From the NCBI GenBank assembly GCA_965249575.1, contig OZ252244.1, positions 3,795,290 to 3,859,289 on the forward strand: a stretch of 64,000 nucleotides of DNA. Reading direction: 5' to 3'. A model generated the notes under the pieces. The model was not told the DNA's origin, did not search any database, and saw only the letters and a program-made list of their open reading frames with translations. Position 1 is the first letter of the stretch; each line of letters starts with the position of its first letter. Positions 32,938 through 44,005 of the stretch are shown here, piece after piece. A program made the translations under genes and the position numbers. The stretch is from Gemmatimonadales bacterium. GTDB lineage: Bacteria; Gemmatimonadota; Gemmatimonadetes; Gemmatimonadales; GWC2-71-9.

Positions 32938-34045
32938 ATGGTAGAGCAGGTTCTTGAAAGGCTCGAAGACGTGGGTCGCAGGCTAACTGAACTCCGGGGC
33001 TTTCTTTGACCTGGACGCCAAAGCCTCCCGTTTAGACGAGTTAGAAACATCCATGGCGGCACCGGGCTTCTGGGATGATACCGACCGAGCTCGGCAAGCC
33101 GTCGACGAGCTCCGGCGCGTCAGGCAGTGGACCGAGCCGTTCGCCGATCTCAGCCAGCGGACCCAAGAGGCACTCGAGCTTGCGGGGCTCGTGGCCGAGG
33201 AGCCCGATGCGGACGTTGAACGCGGCCTGGCCGAAGAGGTCGACCAACTCCTTTCCGGCGTCCGGCAGCTCGAACTCCAAAACATGCTCCAGGGCGCGGA
33301 CGACCGACGCAGTGCACTCGTCACCATTCACCCGGGGGCCGGAGGGACAGAGTCTCAGGATTGGGCGGAAATGCTGATGCGGATGTATACCCGCTGGGGT
33401 GAGCGACGTGGGTACTCCGTTGAGATTCTGGATCTGCTACAGGGTGAGGAAGCCGGCATCAAATCCGTCGCGATGGAGGTACAGGGCGAGTTTGCATACG
33501 GCTATCTCAAGGCCGAGAAGGGAGTCCACCGGCTCGTCCGCATTTCGCCGTTCGACGCACAGGCCCGGCGCCACACCTCGTTCGCGTCGATCTTCGTGTA
33601 TCCCGTCGTGGACGACACCATCGCGGTGGACCTCCGTGAGGAAGACATCGAAATGGAGGTCTTCCGTGCGTCCGGAGCCGGCGGCCAGCACGTCAACAAG
33701 ACCTCGTCCGCGGTTCGTTTGCGCCACCTGCCCACCGGGATCGTCGTCTCGTGCCAGCAGGAGAGAAGCCAGTATAAGAACCGGGCGACGGCGATGAAGA
33801 TGCTCAAAGCGGGGATCTACCAGCGGGCGCTGGACGAGCAGGAAAAGAAACGCGCAGCGCTGGAGGCCACCAAAACGGACAATAGCTGGGGGAACCAGAT
33901 CCGGTCGTACGTGTTCCAGCCGTATACCATGGTCAACGACCATCGCACCGAGCTCAAGGTAGGGGACGTGCAGTCCGTGATGGACGGTGAGATCGACACG
34001 TTTATTGAGGCATTCCTCAAGCGATACGGTGGAAACACCAGATGA
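32938..34045 (+). CDS. prfB: Peptide chain release factor 2 with programmed +1 frameshift
   Basis: ATG 32938 (GGAGAGG SD) encodes MVEQ...RGFL, then CTT TGA C at 33004-33010. The +1 frame continues DLDAK... into the 33053 ORF. SPF and GGQ motifs present. Confidence 0.96.
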
Positions 34046-35526
34046 CGGTCGACACGCGCTCCTTCGTTGAGCTCGCGCGGCGGGAGAAGCTCGACCTCCT
34101 GCGGAGCCGGGGGGTCGACCCGTATCCCCATGCCTACAGCCCGACCCACCGCACGCGCGAAGCCGTCGCAGCATACCGGGACGACGCCAGCCCGACGGTG
34201 CGCATCGCGGGGCGCCTGGTTGCCCTCCGAGGCCACGGCAAGACGACATTCGGCCACGTCGCGGACGGGACCGGACGTATCCAGATCTATGTCCGCCGCG
34301 ACCTAATTGGGGATGAAGCGTACGAGCTGCTCAAACTCCTGGACCTTGGCGACCATGTCGGGATCGAGGGAGGCGTGTTCAAGACCAAAACGGGAGAGAT
34401 CACCGTTCGGGCGGCGAAGGTCACGCTGCTGGCCAAGGCGCTGCGGTCGCTTCCGCTCGGGAAGGGCGCGACCGAGGGTGAGCAGCACGGCAGTTTATCC
34501 GACCCAGAGACCCGCTACCGGCAGCGATACGCGGACCTCGCAATCCACGCTGAGGTCCGCGATGTGTTCAGGCTCCGTGCCGAGGCGATCACCTTTCTCC
34601 GCCGGTTTCTTGACGACCACGGGTTTGTGGAGGTCGAGACGCCGGCATTACAGCCCTTATACGGTGGCGCGCTCGCCCAGCCGTTCGTGACACACCACAA
34701 CGCATTGGACGCAGATCTCTATTTGCGGATCGCGACCGAGCTCTATTTAAAGCGTTGCATTGTCGGCGGTCTCGACCGCGTGTATGAGATTGGCAAGGAC
34801 TTCCGGAACGAAGGGATGGATCGGTATCACAATCCGGAATTCACGATGCTCGAGTTCTACCAGGCGTATGCCGATTACTCGGATGTGATGGACCTTACCG
34901 AACAGATGGTCCACGGTCTGGTATTGCATCTGACCGGTACCTCCGCCATCGAGCGATTCGGTAAGCGTTTCGACTTTACTCCTCCCTGGACGCGAGTCCC
35001 GTACGTCGAGTTGCTCCGCACCCACGCCGCCGTCGATTTGACGACCGTCACCGATGAAGAGCTGCGGTCGCTACTCCAGGGAAAGGAGGTCCCGGAAGTC
35101 GCCGGAATGCCTCGGGCCAAGCTGATCGACACGGCGTTCTCCGAATTCGTGGAACCGACGCTCGAGCAGCCCACATTGGTAGTGGACTTTCCGCTCGCCC
35201 TTTCTCCACTGGCAAAAGTGAACCGGAAAGACCCCGACCTCGCAGAGCGTTTTGAGTTCTTCGTGAATGGGTGGGAAATCGCCAATGCGTTCACCGAGCT
35301 CAACGATCCCGACGACCAGCGCGGCCGGTTCGAATCGCAGGCCAAGGCCAAGGCGGCCGGTGATGCGGAGGCCCATCAGGTGGATGAGGACTACATCCGC
35401 GCGTTGGAGTACGGCATGCCTCCGACTGGGGGGTTCGGCATGGGTGTGGACCGCCTCATCATGTTGCTCGCGGAGCGGCCGTCCATTCGGGACGTGATTC
35501 TCTTTCCGCTCCTGAGACCAGAGTGA
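34042..35526 (+). CDS. lysS: Lysine--tRNA ligase (class II)
   Basis: OB-fold, RYRQRY.DL, VEVETP, LRIATELYLKR, FRNEG..HNPEF, YGMPPTGGFGMGVDRL. Confidence 0.97.
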   Translation: MTVDTRSFVELARREKLDLLRSRGVDPYPHAYSPTHRTREAVAAYRDDASPTVRIAGRLVALRGHGKTTFGHVADGTGRIQIYVRRDLIGDEAYELLKLLDLGDHVGIEGGVFKTKTGEITVRAAKVTLLAKALRSLPLGKGATEGEQHGSLSDPETRYRQRYADLAIHAEVRDVFRLRAEAITFLRRFLDDHGFVEVETPALQPLYGGALAQPFVTHHNALDADLYLRIATELYLKRCIVGGLDRVYEIGKDFRNEGMDRYHNPEFTMLEFYQAYADYSDVMDLTEQMVHGLVLHLTGTSAIERFGKRFDFTPPWTRVPYVELLRTHAAVDLTTVTDEELRSLLQGKEVPEVAGMPRAKLIDTAFSEFVEPTLEQPTLVVDFPLALSPLAKVNRKDPDLAERFEFFVNGWEIANAFTELNDPDDQRGRFESQAKAKAAGDAEAHQVDEDYIRALEYGMPPTGGFGMGVDRLIMLLAERPSIRDVILFPLLRPE

Positions 35527-36776
35527 TCTCACGTCTCGAACTCAAGATCACTGCCCGCTACTTGCGGAGCCGGCGATCGTCGCGACTCGTGTCGCTGATC
35601 ACTCTTATTGCCACCGGTGGAGTAACCGTGGGAGTCATGGCACTCATCGTCGTAATGGGAGTCATGAACGGTTTGCAGACGGATCTGCGGGAGAAGATCC
35701 TCGTCGCGAGCCCGCACCTCCGCGTCCTGACTTATGGTGCCGGTCTCAAGCTGGACGATTGGGAAGGCGTCGTTCAACGCGTCGAGGAACACCCGGCCGT
35801 GCTGGCTGCGAGTCCGTTCGTTCTCTCCCAGGGGCTCGTTTCGTCCGGCTACGACTATGCCGAAGGCGTAGCGGTGATCGGGATCGAGCCGGATACCGGA
35901 TCGCTGGCCGTCACGGCGCTCGCGCGACATTTCACCTCTGGCGACCTAGGATTCCGCACCGAGCGCAACGACGTGGACGGTGGAATCGTGCTCGGCCATC
36001 GCGTTGCAGAACGATTGTCCGCGTTCCCGGGGGACCGCATCACCCTCGTGTCTCCCGCTGGCAGCAAGTTCAACGCAGCCGTGGGCGCGTTCGTTCCAAA
36101 GTACTGGGCGTTTGAGGTGACCGGGAAGTTCGAAACCGGGATGTACGAGTACGACAACTCCTACGTCGTGCTCCCTAGGCCAACCGCCCAACGGTTTGCC
36201 GGGCTCGACGAGGCGGTAACCGGGCTCGAGGTGCGGATCGGCGATCCGTGGGCCGCCCGGGACGTCGGCACGGAAATCGAAGATCGCCTCGGGTACCCCT
36301 TTCGCGTCGTTGACTGGCAGAGCCAGAACGCGTCGCTGTTTTCGGCGCTCAAGCTCGAGAAATTGGCGATGGGGCTCATTCTCCTGCTCATAGTGGTGGT
36401 GGCCGCGTTCAACATCGTCAGCACCCTGACGATGGTCGTAACGGACAAGACCCGCGAAATCGGCATCCTCCGGGCCATGGGGCTGTCTGCGGCAGCGATT
36501 CGTCGGATCTTCGTACTTCAGGGCGCTGTGATTGGGGTGGTGGGCACCAGCCTCGGAGCGTCGTTGGGGTTGCTCATCGCCCGACTCGTCGACAAGGAAC
36601 GGCTCATCGAGCTCGACCCGTCCGTGTACTTCATCGACCACTTGCCCATCCAAGTCGTCCCAACCGACCTGATCGCCATCGTGGTGGCCAGCGTCCTGGT
36701 GGCCGTGCTAGCCACGGTTTATCCGGCCCGCCAGGCTGCTGCGCTCCAGCCCGTGGAGGCGATACGGCACGAATGA
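35523..36776 (+). CDS. lolC: Lipoprotein-releasing ABC permease LolC/E
   Basis: GVMALIVVMGVMNG, VAAFNI, KTREIGILRAMG, YFIDHLP, YPARQAA. Single permease gene (LolC/E/F type). Confidence 0.88.
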   Translation: MISRLELKITARYLRSRRSSRLVSLITLIATGGVTVGVMALIVVMGVMNGLQTDLREKILVASPHLRVLTYGAGLKLDDWEGVVQRVEEHPAVLAASPFVLSQGLVSSGYDYAEGVAVIGIEPDTGSLAVTALARHFTSGDLGFRTERNDVDGGIVLGHRVAERLSAFPGDRITLVSPAGSKFNAAVGAFVPKYWAFEVTGKFETGMYEYDNSYVVLPRPTAQRFAGLDEAVTGLEVRIGDPWAARDVGTEIEDRLGYPFRVVDWQSQNASLFSALKLEKLAMGLILLLIVVVAAFNIVSTLTMVVTDKTREIGILRAMGLSAAAIRRIFVLQGAVIGVVGTSLGASLGLLIARLVDKERLIELDPSVYFIDHLPIQVVPTDLIAIVVASVLVAVLATVYPARQAAALQPVEAIRHE

Positions 36777-37471
36777 CCCCGACCCTCGAAGCGTGCGCCG
36801 TCCGAAAGACCTTCCGGGGAGGTGACAACGCCCCCGTGGAGGTTTTGAATTACGTCGATTTGACAGTCTCCCGGGGCGAGGTCGTTGCGATAGTCGGCGC
36901 GAGCGGGGCGGGGAAGAGCACGCTCCTCCATTTGCTGGGGGCGTTGGACCGACCGACGGGAGGCGATATCCTCCTTGATGGCGTCTCGTATGCCGATCTT
37001 GGCGACGCGGCGCGGGATGGGCTTCGGAGCCGGAGTATCGGTTTCGTGTTTCAGTTCCACCACCTTCTCCGGGAGTTTACGGCGATCGAGAATGTGATGA
37101 TGCCGTTACTCATTGGCGGTTGGGATGAGGCACGAGCCCGGAGCCGAGCGGAGGAGCTTCTGGCCCAGGTGGAATTGGCTGGCCGCATGACCCATCGACC
37201 CGCCGCTCTTTCGGGCGGCGAGCAACAGCGTTGCGCGGTGGCGCGTGCACTCGTCCACGATCCCAGGGTCATTCTTGCGGATGAGCCCAGCGGCAATCTG
37301 GACTACCACTCGAGCGGCCGCGTGCACGACCTGTTATTGGGCCTGGTACGGACCCTGGAGACCTCACTCGTTCTGGTGACGCACAATCGCACGCTTGCTG
37401 ATCGGGCTGACCGTGTTCTCTTGTTGGCAGACGGGCAACTGCGAAACGCCACGGCGGAGGTGGTACCGTGA
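36773..37471 (+). CDS. lolD: Lipoprotein-releasing ABC ATPase LolD
   Basis: GASGAGKS, LolD motif GFVFQFHHLL, LSGGE, ADEPSGNLD. Confidence 0.92.
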   Translation: MTPTLEACAVRKTFRGGDNAPVEVLNYVDLTVSRGEVVAIVGASGAGKSTLLHLLGALDRPTGGDILLDGVSYADLGDAARDGLRSRSIGFVFQFHHLLREFTAIENVMMPLLIGGWDEARARSRAEELLAQVELAGRMTHRPAALSGGEQQRCAVARALVHDPRVILADEPSGNLDYHSSGRVHDLLLGLVRTLETSLVLVTHNRTLADRADRVLLLADGQLRNATAEVVP

Positions 37472-37968
37472 CGCAGTGCGATAACTGCCACGAGCGCAGC
37501 GCCGCGATTCATCTCACCCAAATCGTCAACGATTCTGTGACGACCGTTCACCTGTGCGAGCAGTGCGCAGCGGAGAAGGGCGTCCAAACGAGCGCAAGCG
37601 TCGCGAAGTTCCCGCTCGGTGATTTCCTCGCCTCGCTCGGCAAGGGTGGTGCGGGCGCGGTACCAGCTGAGGCGGAGGACGGGACGTGTGACTACTGCCA
37701 CGCGACGCTCCAGGACTTTCGAGATACCGGGCGCTTGGGTTGCCCCGAGTGCTACGAGGCATTTGCGCAGCACCTCCGCGGGTTGCTGCGGCGTCTCCAC
37801 GGGTCGAGCCAGCACGTGGGCGAGGTATATTTACCACCGGAGGGCGCTGTCCCAACGGACTCTGCACGAGTCCTGGTCGACCTGCGAGAGCAGCTGCGCC
37901 GGGCTGTTGATGCCGAAAACTTCGAACTGGCGGCCGAGTTGCGTGATCGCATACGGGTGATGGAATAG
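37468..37968 (+). CDS. mcsA: McsA protein-arginine kinase activator
   Basis: Four CxxC motifs, GRLGCPECY, C-terminal UVR motif ENFELAAELRD. Confidence 0.92.
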   Translation: MTQCDNCHERSAAIHLTQIVNDSVTTVHLCEQCAAEKGVQTSASVAKFPLGDFLASLGKGGAGAVPAEAEDGTCDYCHATLQDFRDTGRLGCPECYEAFAQHLRGLLRRLHGSSQHVGEVYLPPEGAVPTDSARVLVDLREQLRRAVDAENFELAAELRDRIRVME

Positions 37969-39074
37969 TGGCCGATCTGAGCTTGCTGCCGGACGGTGGA
38001 ATGTCGTGGCTCGACGCGAGCGGCCCAGAAGGCCACATCGTGCTCTCAACCCGGGTACGCCTCGCGCGAAACATCCAGGGCCGGGTGTTCACGGGTCGAG
38101 CCCCCGGAGCGGAGTCGGAGTCGGTACTAGACCTGGTGGTCGAGGTTGGGCGGGACGCGGCGCAGCTGAAGGACGCCGCGGTCTTGCGAATGGAGTCGCT
38201 GGAGCGTTTTGAGCGCCAATTGCTGCACGAGCGGCACCTGGTATCTAAGGAGCTCGCGGGCGTTGACGGCGACACCAACGTGCGGCAGGGATCGGCTCTC
38301 ATCACCGGTGGCGAGACGGGCGTGATGGTCAACGAAGAGGACCATTTGCGGCTCCAGTGTTTGAAGTCGGGGCTGGCCCTGAGTCCCGCTTATACGCAGT
38401 TGGAGCAACTGGACACGGACCTCGGAGCGCGAGTGCCTTTCGCGTTCCACCCGGAATTCGGTTACCTTACGGCATGTCCGACGAACGCGGGAACGGGGCT
38501 CCGTGCGTCGGTGTTGATCCACCTTCCGGGCCTCGTACTCACCAAGGAAATCGCAAAGGTCCTCCAGGGCCTAGCCCAAGTCGGCCTCACGTTCCGCGGG
38601 CTCTACGGGGAGGGCAGCGAGGTAGTGGGCAACTTCTTCCAGCTGTCCAACCAGACGACGTTGGGCAAATCCGAGGATGACCTGCTGGACCACCTCGCCA
38701 AGATCGTGCGCCAGGTGATCGCCTATGAAGAAAAGGCCCGGCAGGTCTTGCTTGGGAACGCGCCGACGGTTATCGAGGACAAGGTCTGGCGGGCGTATGG
38801 CTTGTTGCGGTATGCGCGGAGCCTCTCATTTGAGGAAACTATGAATCTCCTGAGCGGCGTGCGGCTCGGTGTAGGTTTGAACATGATTCCCCACGTGAGT
38901 GTATACACGCTGAACAAGTTGCTGGTATTCACGCAACCCGCCCATTTGACGCATATGGAGGGACGCGAGGTATCCGAGGCCGATCTCGCCGCGAGTCGTG
39001 CAGCCTACGTACGGCGGATGCTGGAAGGGGACGCCGGGCGGCCGGCTCGCGGCACATCCAACAAAGACCATTAG
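37968..39074 (+). CDS. mcsB: Protein-arginine kinase McsB
   Basis: STRVRLARN, ERHLVS, VNEEDHLR, GYLTACPTNAGTGLRAS, RGLYGEGS, QLSNQTTLG. Confidence 0.95.
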   Translation: MADLSLLPDGGMSWLDASGPEGHIVLSTRVRLARNIQGRVFTGRAPGAESESVLDLVVEVGRDAAQLKDAAVLRMESLERFERQLLHERHLVSKELAGVDGDTNVRQGSALITGGETGVMVNEEDHLRLQCLKSGLALSPAYTQLEQLDTDLGARVPFAFHPEFGYLTACPTNAGTGLRASVLIHLPGLVLTKEIAKVLQGLAQVGLTFRGLYGEGSEVVGNFFQLSNQTTLGKSEDDLLDHLAKIVRQVIAYEEKARQVLLGNAPTVIEDKVWRAYGLLRYARSLSFEETMNLLSGVRLGVGLNMIPHVSVYTLNKLLVFTQPAHLTHMEGREVSEADLAASRAAYVRRMLEGDAGRPARGTSNKDH

Positions 39075-39086
39075 CCCCATGGATCG

Positions 39087-41561
39087 ATGAACGGATACAA
39101 CTTTACAGATCGAGTCCGCAAAGTGTTGCAGATGGCGCGCGAGGAAGCCGCCCGTCTCCACCACGAATACGTCGGAACGGAGCATATCCTCTTGGGACTG
39201 ATCCGCGAGGGTGAAGGCGTGGCGGCGGCAGTACTCACCAACTTGAGCGTCGACCTCGAAGAGATCCAGCAGAAAATCGAGGAGACAGTCAAGAAGGGTA
39301 AGTCGCCCGCGGCGGCCGGTCCGGACCTCCCGTACACATCCCGGGCAAAGAAGGTGCTTGAGCTCGCGATGAGCGAGGCCCGCGAGCTGAACCACTCCTA
39401 TGTGGGAACTGAGCACCTGCTCCTGGGCTTGCTTCGAGAGGAGAAGGGAATCGCGGCCCAGGTGTTGACGGACGCGGGCGTGAACCTCGAACAGGCTCGC
39501 GCGGAGACGCTCCGCCTTTTGGGAAGCGACGTCATGCCAGCGGGCGGCAAGGGAAGCGGAGCACCCAGCGCTCCGCGCTCGGAGAAGAAATCCAAGACGC
39601 CCGCACTGGATCACTTCTGTCGGGACTTGACCGCGCTAGCCGCCGACGGGCAGCTCGATCCCACCATCGGCCGGCAACAGGAAATCGAGCGTGTCATCGA
39701 GGTCCTTTCCCGGCGGAAGAAAAGCAACCCCGTGCTCATCGGAGAGGCAGGCGTCGGCAAGACGGCAATCGTCGAGGGACTGGCCCAGCTCATCGCGTCC
39801 GGCAACTCTCCCGACGCGCTCCGCAATCACCGGGTTCTGGCCCTGGACATGGCGGCTGTCATCGCGGGCACCAAGTACCGGGGGCAGTTCGAGGAGCGTC
39901 TCAAGGCGGTGATGAACGAGATCGCGCAGAACAAGAACATCGTCCTTTTCATCGACGAGCTGCACACGCTCGTCGGGGCGGGAGCTGCCGAGGGCGCGAT
40001 CGATGCCTCGAACATGCTCAAGCCGGCACTGGCCCGTGGCGAGCTTCAATGTGTAGGGGCCTCGACCCTCAACGAGTACCGGAAATACATTGAAAAAGAC
40101 GGCGCGCTCGAGCGCCGGTTCCAAACCGTCATCGTCGATCCGCCGACCGTTGAGGAGACCATTGAGATTCTCAAGGGCCTACGGCAACGATACGAAGATC
40201 ACCATCGCGTCGTGATCCCCGACGCGACTCTCGACGCGGCGGCGCGCCTGTCCGAGCGCTATATCACCGACCGATTTCTGCCCGACAAGGCGATCGATGT
40301 CATCGACGAGGCTTCCGCCCGCGCCCGTCTGGCGGCGCAGGTTCCGCCAGCCGAGGTAACCCGGCTCAAGGACGGACTGGAGACCATCAATCGGGACAAG
40401 GAAGAGGCTGTGCGGGCTCAGAACTTCGAGCGCGCGGCGTCGCTCCGAGATGAGGAACGAGAGCTACAAAGCGAGATCCGCAAACGGCAGGAGGATTGGG
40501 AGCAGGAACGGCAAACGCATCGGCCGATCATCGGGGAGGAAGAAACCGCCTTTATCGTCTCGCGTTGGACCGGCATTCCGGTCACGCGCCTCCGCGAAGC
40601 CGAAACACAGCGGCTGCTGCGTATGGAAGACGAGCTCCACAAGTCCGTCGTCGGACAGGACCAGGCCATTGCGGCCATCGCCCGGGCGATCAGGCGCTCG
40701 CGAGCCGGTCTGAAGGATCCGCGCCGCCCGATTGGGACGTTCGTGTTTTGCGGTCCGACCGGCGTAGGAAAGACGGAGTTGGCACGCGCGCTCGCGCGCT
40801 TCTTGTTCGCCGACGACCAGGCGCTCATCCGCGTCGATATGTCGGAGTACATGGAAAAATTCAGCGTCAGCCGCCTGATTGGGGCGCCGCCCGGCTACGT
40901 TGGATACGAAGATTCGGGCGCTCTCACGAAGGCGGTGCGCCGTAAACCGTATTCCGTGGTCTTGCTCGACGAGATCGAGAAAGCGCACCCCGACGTGTTC
41001 AATATCTTGCTGCAGGTCCTGGACGAGGGCCGCTTGACGGACAACTACGGCCGCGTGATCGACTTCAAGAACACGGTCGTCATCATGACCTCGAACGTCG
41101 GCGCCCGCGACATCACCAAAGGGCAGGTAATGGGATTCGGACAGCCGGACGCGAAGACCTCGTTCGAAAAGATGGCCGAAAAGGTACGGGATGAGATCAA
41201 CAAGGTCTTCAACCCCGAATTCCTGAATCGTTTGGATGACGTGATCGTCTTCCACCCGCTCGACCGGGGGCACATCACTCAGATCGTCGACATTCTCATC
41301 GAGCAGGTGCAGACCCGGTTGTCGGAGGAGGGTCTCACCCTTCGGCGGACCGACGCCGCGACGGCGTTTCTCGTCGACCACGGCTACGACGAGAACTTCG
41401 GTGCCCGCCCGCTGAAACGCGCGATCCAACGGTTTATCGAAGACCCCCTCTCGGATAAAATCCTCACGGGGGCCTTCGCCGCCGGCGACGAGATCGAGGT
41501 CGACGTTAGCCCCGAAGGCGACAAGCTCGTATTCAACGCGCTTTCCGGTACCAAGGCGTAA
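39087..41561 (+). CDS. clpC: ATP-dependent Clp protease ATPase ClpC
   Basis: Two Clp-N repeats, GEAGVGKT and [11 protein letters not shown] middle domain, GAPPGYVG. Confidence 0.95.
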   Translation: MNGYNFTDRVRKVLQMAREEAARLHHEYVGTEHILLGLIREGEGVAAAVLTNLSVDLEEIQQKIEETVKKGKSPAAAGPDLPYTSRAKKVLELAMSEARELNHSYVGTEHLLLGLLREEKGIAAQVLTDAGVNLEQARAETLRLLGSDVMPAGGKGSGAPSAPRSEKKSKTPALDHFCRDLTALAADGQLDPTIGRQQEIERVIEVLSRRKKSNPVLIGEAGVGKTAIVEGLAQLIASGNSPDALRNHRVLALDMAAVIAGTKYRGQFEERLKAVMNEIAQNKNIVLFIDELHTLVGAGAAEGAIDASNMLKPALARGELQCVGASTLNEYRKYIEKDGALERRFQTVIVDPPTVEETIEILKGLRQRYEDHHRVVIPDATLDAAARLSERYITDRFLPDKAIDVIDEASARARLAAQVPPAEVTRLKDGLETINRDKEEAVRAQNFERAASLRDEERELQSEIRKRQEDWEQERQTHRPIIGEEETAFIVSRWTGIPVTRLREAETQRLLRMEDELHKSVVGQDQAIAAIARAIRRSRAGLKDPRRPIGTFVFCGPTGVGKTELARALARFLFADDQALIRVDMSEYMEKFSVSRLIGAPPGYVGYEDSGALTKAVRRKPYSVVLLDEIEKAHPDVFNILLQVLDEGRLTDNYGRVIDFKNTVVIMTSNVGARDITKGQVMGFGQPDAKTSFEKMAEKVRDEINKVFNPEFLNRLDDVIVFHPLDRGHITQIVDILIEQVQTRLSEEGLTLRRTDAATAFLVDHGYDENFGARPLKRAIQRFIEDPLSDKILTGAFAAGDEIEVDVSPEGDKLVFNALSGTKA

Positions 41562-41574
41562 GGCAGAACCTGTC

Positions 41575-43971
41575 GTGAGTCCCGGCGGCCGCCTCTTCCT
41601 CGTTGCTGCAGCGTTGTCCGTCTTGGCAGTATCGGTGCTATCGGCACAGGAGCGTCTCGACGAGACGACGGTTCTGGACAGCGTCGTCGTCGTGGGCGCG
41701 AACCGATTCCCCCCCGGCGCGATCATCGGGCAATCGGCGATCCCCATTGGCGAACCAGTTTCGTTCCGAGATCTGCAGCGAGCGATCTACGCGCTGTTTG
41801 AGACCGGCCAATTCGACGATATCCGCGCCTCCCAAGCGACCATCAACGGCAAAGAGGTGTTGCAGCTGGAGGTCGTCGAGCGGCCCATTTTGGCCAACTG
41901 GAGTGTTCGAGGCGCGGAAAAGATTTCGGAGAAGACCGTCCGTGGACAGATCAAACTCCTGGAAGGCAGGCCGTACGATCCAGCAGAGGCGTACATCGCT
42001 CTGGCGAAAATCGACTCGCTCTACCAGAAAAAGGGGTTCTACCTCGCGGACCACGAGCTCGTTGAGCTCCCTCAAGAAGACAGCCTCATGCGCGTCGTCT
42101 TCGACATTTCCGAGGGCCGCCGAGTCGCGGTAAGCCAAATCGTGGTGGAGGGAAACACGCATTTCAGCGACGGGGACGTCGCGGGCAGCATGGAGACCGG
42201 CACCGAAGGGTTCTTCTGGTGGAAGAAGGGCGAATACAACGAAGATCGCCTCGAGCAGGATCTCCGTGAGCGCCTACCGGTATTCTACGGCTCCCGGGGA
42301 CACGTCGACTTTCAGGTCCTGCGGGACACTCTCGTGGTCTACGAGCCCACAGGGAAGGGCACCTTGATCCTCTCGGTCGATGAGGGTGATCCCTACCTCG
42401 TTGGCGGCTTTGAGATCGTTGGTAACCGTCGGTTTTCGACTGAGGAGTTGGAGCAGTTCTATCCGTTCGGCGAGCGCACCACTGGATTTCTGGGGCTCGG
42501 CGGGAAACGAGAGGGGCCGGCGACGTTCGACCAGGGCAGCTGGGATCAGGCAACGCAGCGGGTGCGCGAGGCCTACTTCAACAATGGATACATTTACGCA
42601 CAGATCACACCCGTACTCGCTCGACGGACCGATGGCGACGGAGACAAGAGGGTCGATCTGCGCTGGCAAATCGTGGAAGGTCAGCCGGCAGTCGTCAACA
42701 AGGTTGTGATTACCGGCAACAGCATTACCCACGAGGATGTCATTCGGCGTGCGATCGTCGTCGTCCCTGGGGACATCTTTCGGCAGGATGCACTCGTTCG
42801 GTCATATCAGAGTATCTCGAATCTGGGATTCTTCGAACAGCCGGTCCCTCCGCCCGATACCCGACCCGCGAACGATCAGGGCGACGTTGACGTGATTTTC
42901 GAGGTCACCGAGAAGCGGACCGGCAACATCAACTTCGGCGCCTCGGTAGGTCAGGGAACGGGACTCGGAGGATTCATCGGCCTTGAGGAACCCAACTTGT
43001 TCGGGAAGGCCAAACAGGTCGCGCTCCAGTGGCAGTTCGGCCGGAACATCAACGATTTCAAAATCACGTATACCGACCCCGCGCTGCGTGGCAGTCTCAT
43101 GTCGGGAACGCTCAATCTGCACAACACCCGCCTCCGGTATACGATCGCCGACCTCGGCCGGATCACGACGCGGGGCGGCAGTCTCCGGATCGGCTTGCCT
43201 CTCTTTGGATCGCGCTGGACGCGCTTCTTTACGTCCTACACACTTGAGGAAAGCAATTTCGATTCGCCCACGTTGGCCCCTCGCTTCAATTGCGCGAACT
43301 GTGTTCTGTCGAGTCTCGGGTTTAGCATCGCCCGCGACACCCGAATCGAGCTGCCCTTCGCCACGGCTGGCTCCTTTCAGGAGCTGCAATTCTCACAGAG
43401 CGGCGGGCCACTGGGCGGAAGCGGGAACTTCCGTCGCGCGATGCTGGAGGGTCGCTGGTACGCGCCGCTGGCTCGCCTCGGCGCAGGTCCGACGTCGAGC
43501 GGTCTTACGTTCGTATTGGGGCTGACCACCAAGGCCGGGTTTGTCTGGGGAGACGCCGGGCCACACTTTCGGCAGCTCTTTACTCTTGGGGGGACGCAAT
43601 TCGGCATACCGTTGCGAGGCTATGACGAATTCTCGATCACTCCACAGGGATTCGACCCCAACGCGCAGGGGTCTAGCGCCAGCACCGTCGACGCGTTTGG
43701 CCAGTCGTACCTCACCATGACAGCCGAGGTCGGGATGCGCGTGAGCCAGGCGTTGTATCTGAACACGTTCTTCGACGCGGGCAACGTTTGGTCTAGTCCA
43801 GGCCAGCTCAACCCGACTCGTCTCTTTCGCGGGCTGGGATTTGGCGTGAGCGTGCTATCGCCACTCGGCCCCCTCGGTTTGGATTTGGCCCGCGGCTTGG
43901 ACCGGATCGACGCGTTTGGAGCCCCCAATCCGGGGTGGCAGCTACACTTCAAACTTGGCAATTTCTTTTAG
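41575..43971 (+). CDS. bamA: Outer membrane protein assembly factor BamA
   Basis: Signal peptide, POTRA repeats, TGNINFGAS, LRGY, SPLGPL, C-terminal F. Confidence 0.93.
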   Translation: MSPGGRLFLVAAALSVLAVSVLSAQERLDETTVLDSVVVVGANRFPPGAIIGQSAIPIGEPVSFRDLQRAIYALFETGQFDDIRASQATINGKEVLQLEVVERPILANWSVRGAEKISEKTVRGQIKLLEGRPYDPAEAYIALAKIDSLYQKKGFYLADHELVELPQEDSLMRVVFDISEGRRVAVSQIVVEGNTHFSDGDVAGSMETGTEGFFWWKKGEYNEDRLEQDLRERLPVFYGSRGHVDFQVLRDTLVVYEPTGKGTLILSVDEGDPYLVGGFEIVGNRRFSTEELEQFYPFGERTTGFLGLGGKREGPATFDQGSWDQATQRVREAYFNNGYIYAQITPVLARRTDGDGDKRVDLRWQIVEGQPAVVNKVVITGNSITHEDVIRRAIVVVPGDIFRQDALVRSYQSISNLGFFEQPVPPPDTRPANDQGDVDVIFEVTEKRTGNINFGASVGQGTGLGGFIGLEEPNLFGKAKQVALQWQFGRNINDFKITYTDPALRGSLMSGTLNLHNTRLRYTIADLGRITTRGGSLRIGLPLFGSRWTRFFTSYTLEESNFDSPTLAPRFNCANCVLSSLGFSIARDTRIELPFATAGSFQELQFSQSGGPLGGSGNFRRAMLEGRWYAPLARLGAGPTSSGLTFVLGLTTKAGFVWGDAGPHFRQLFTLGGTQFGIPLRGYDEFSITPQGFDPNAQGSSASTVDAFGQSYLTMTAEVGMRVSQALYLNTFFDAGNVWSSPGQLNPTRLFRGLGFGVSVLSPLGPLGLDLARGLDRIDAFGAPNPGWQLHFKLGNFF

Positions 43972-44005
43972 GCAATTCAGAAACCTCACGCAACCGGAGC
44001 ATATC

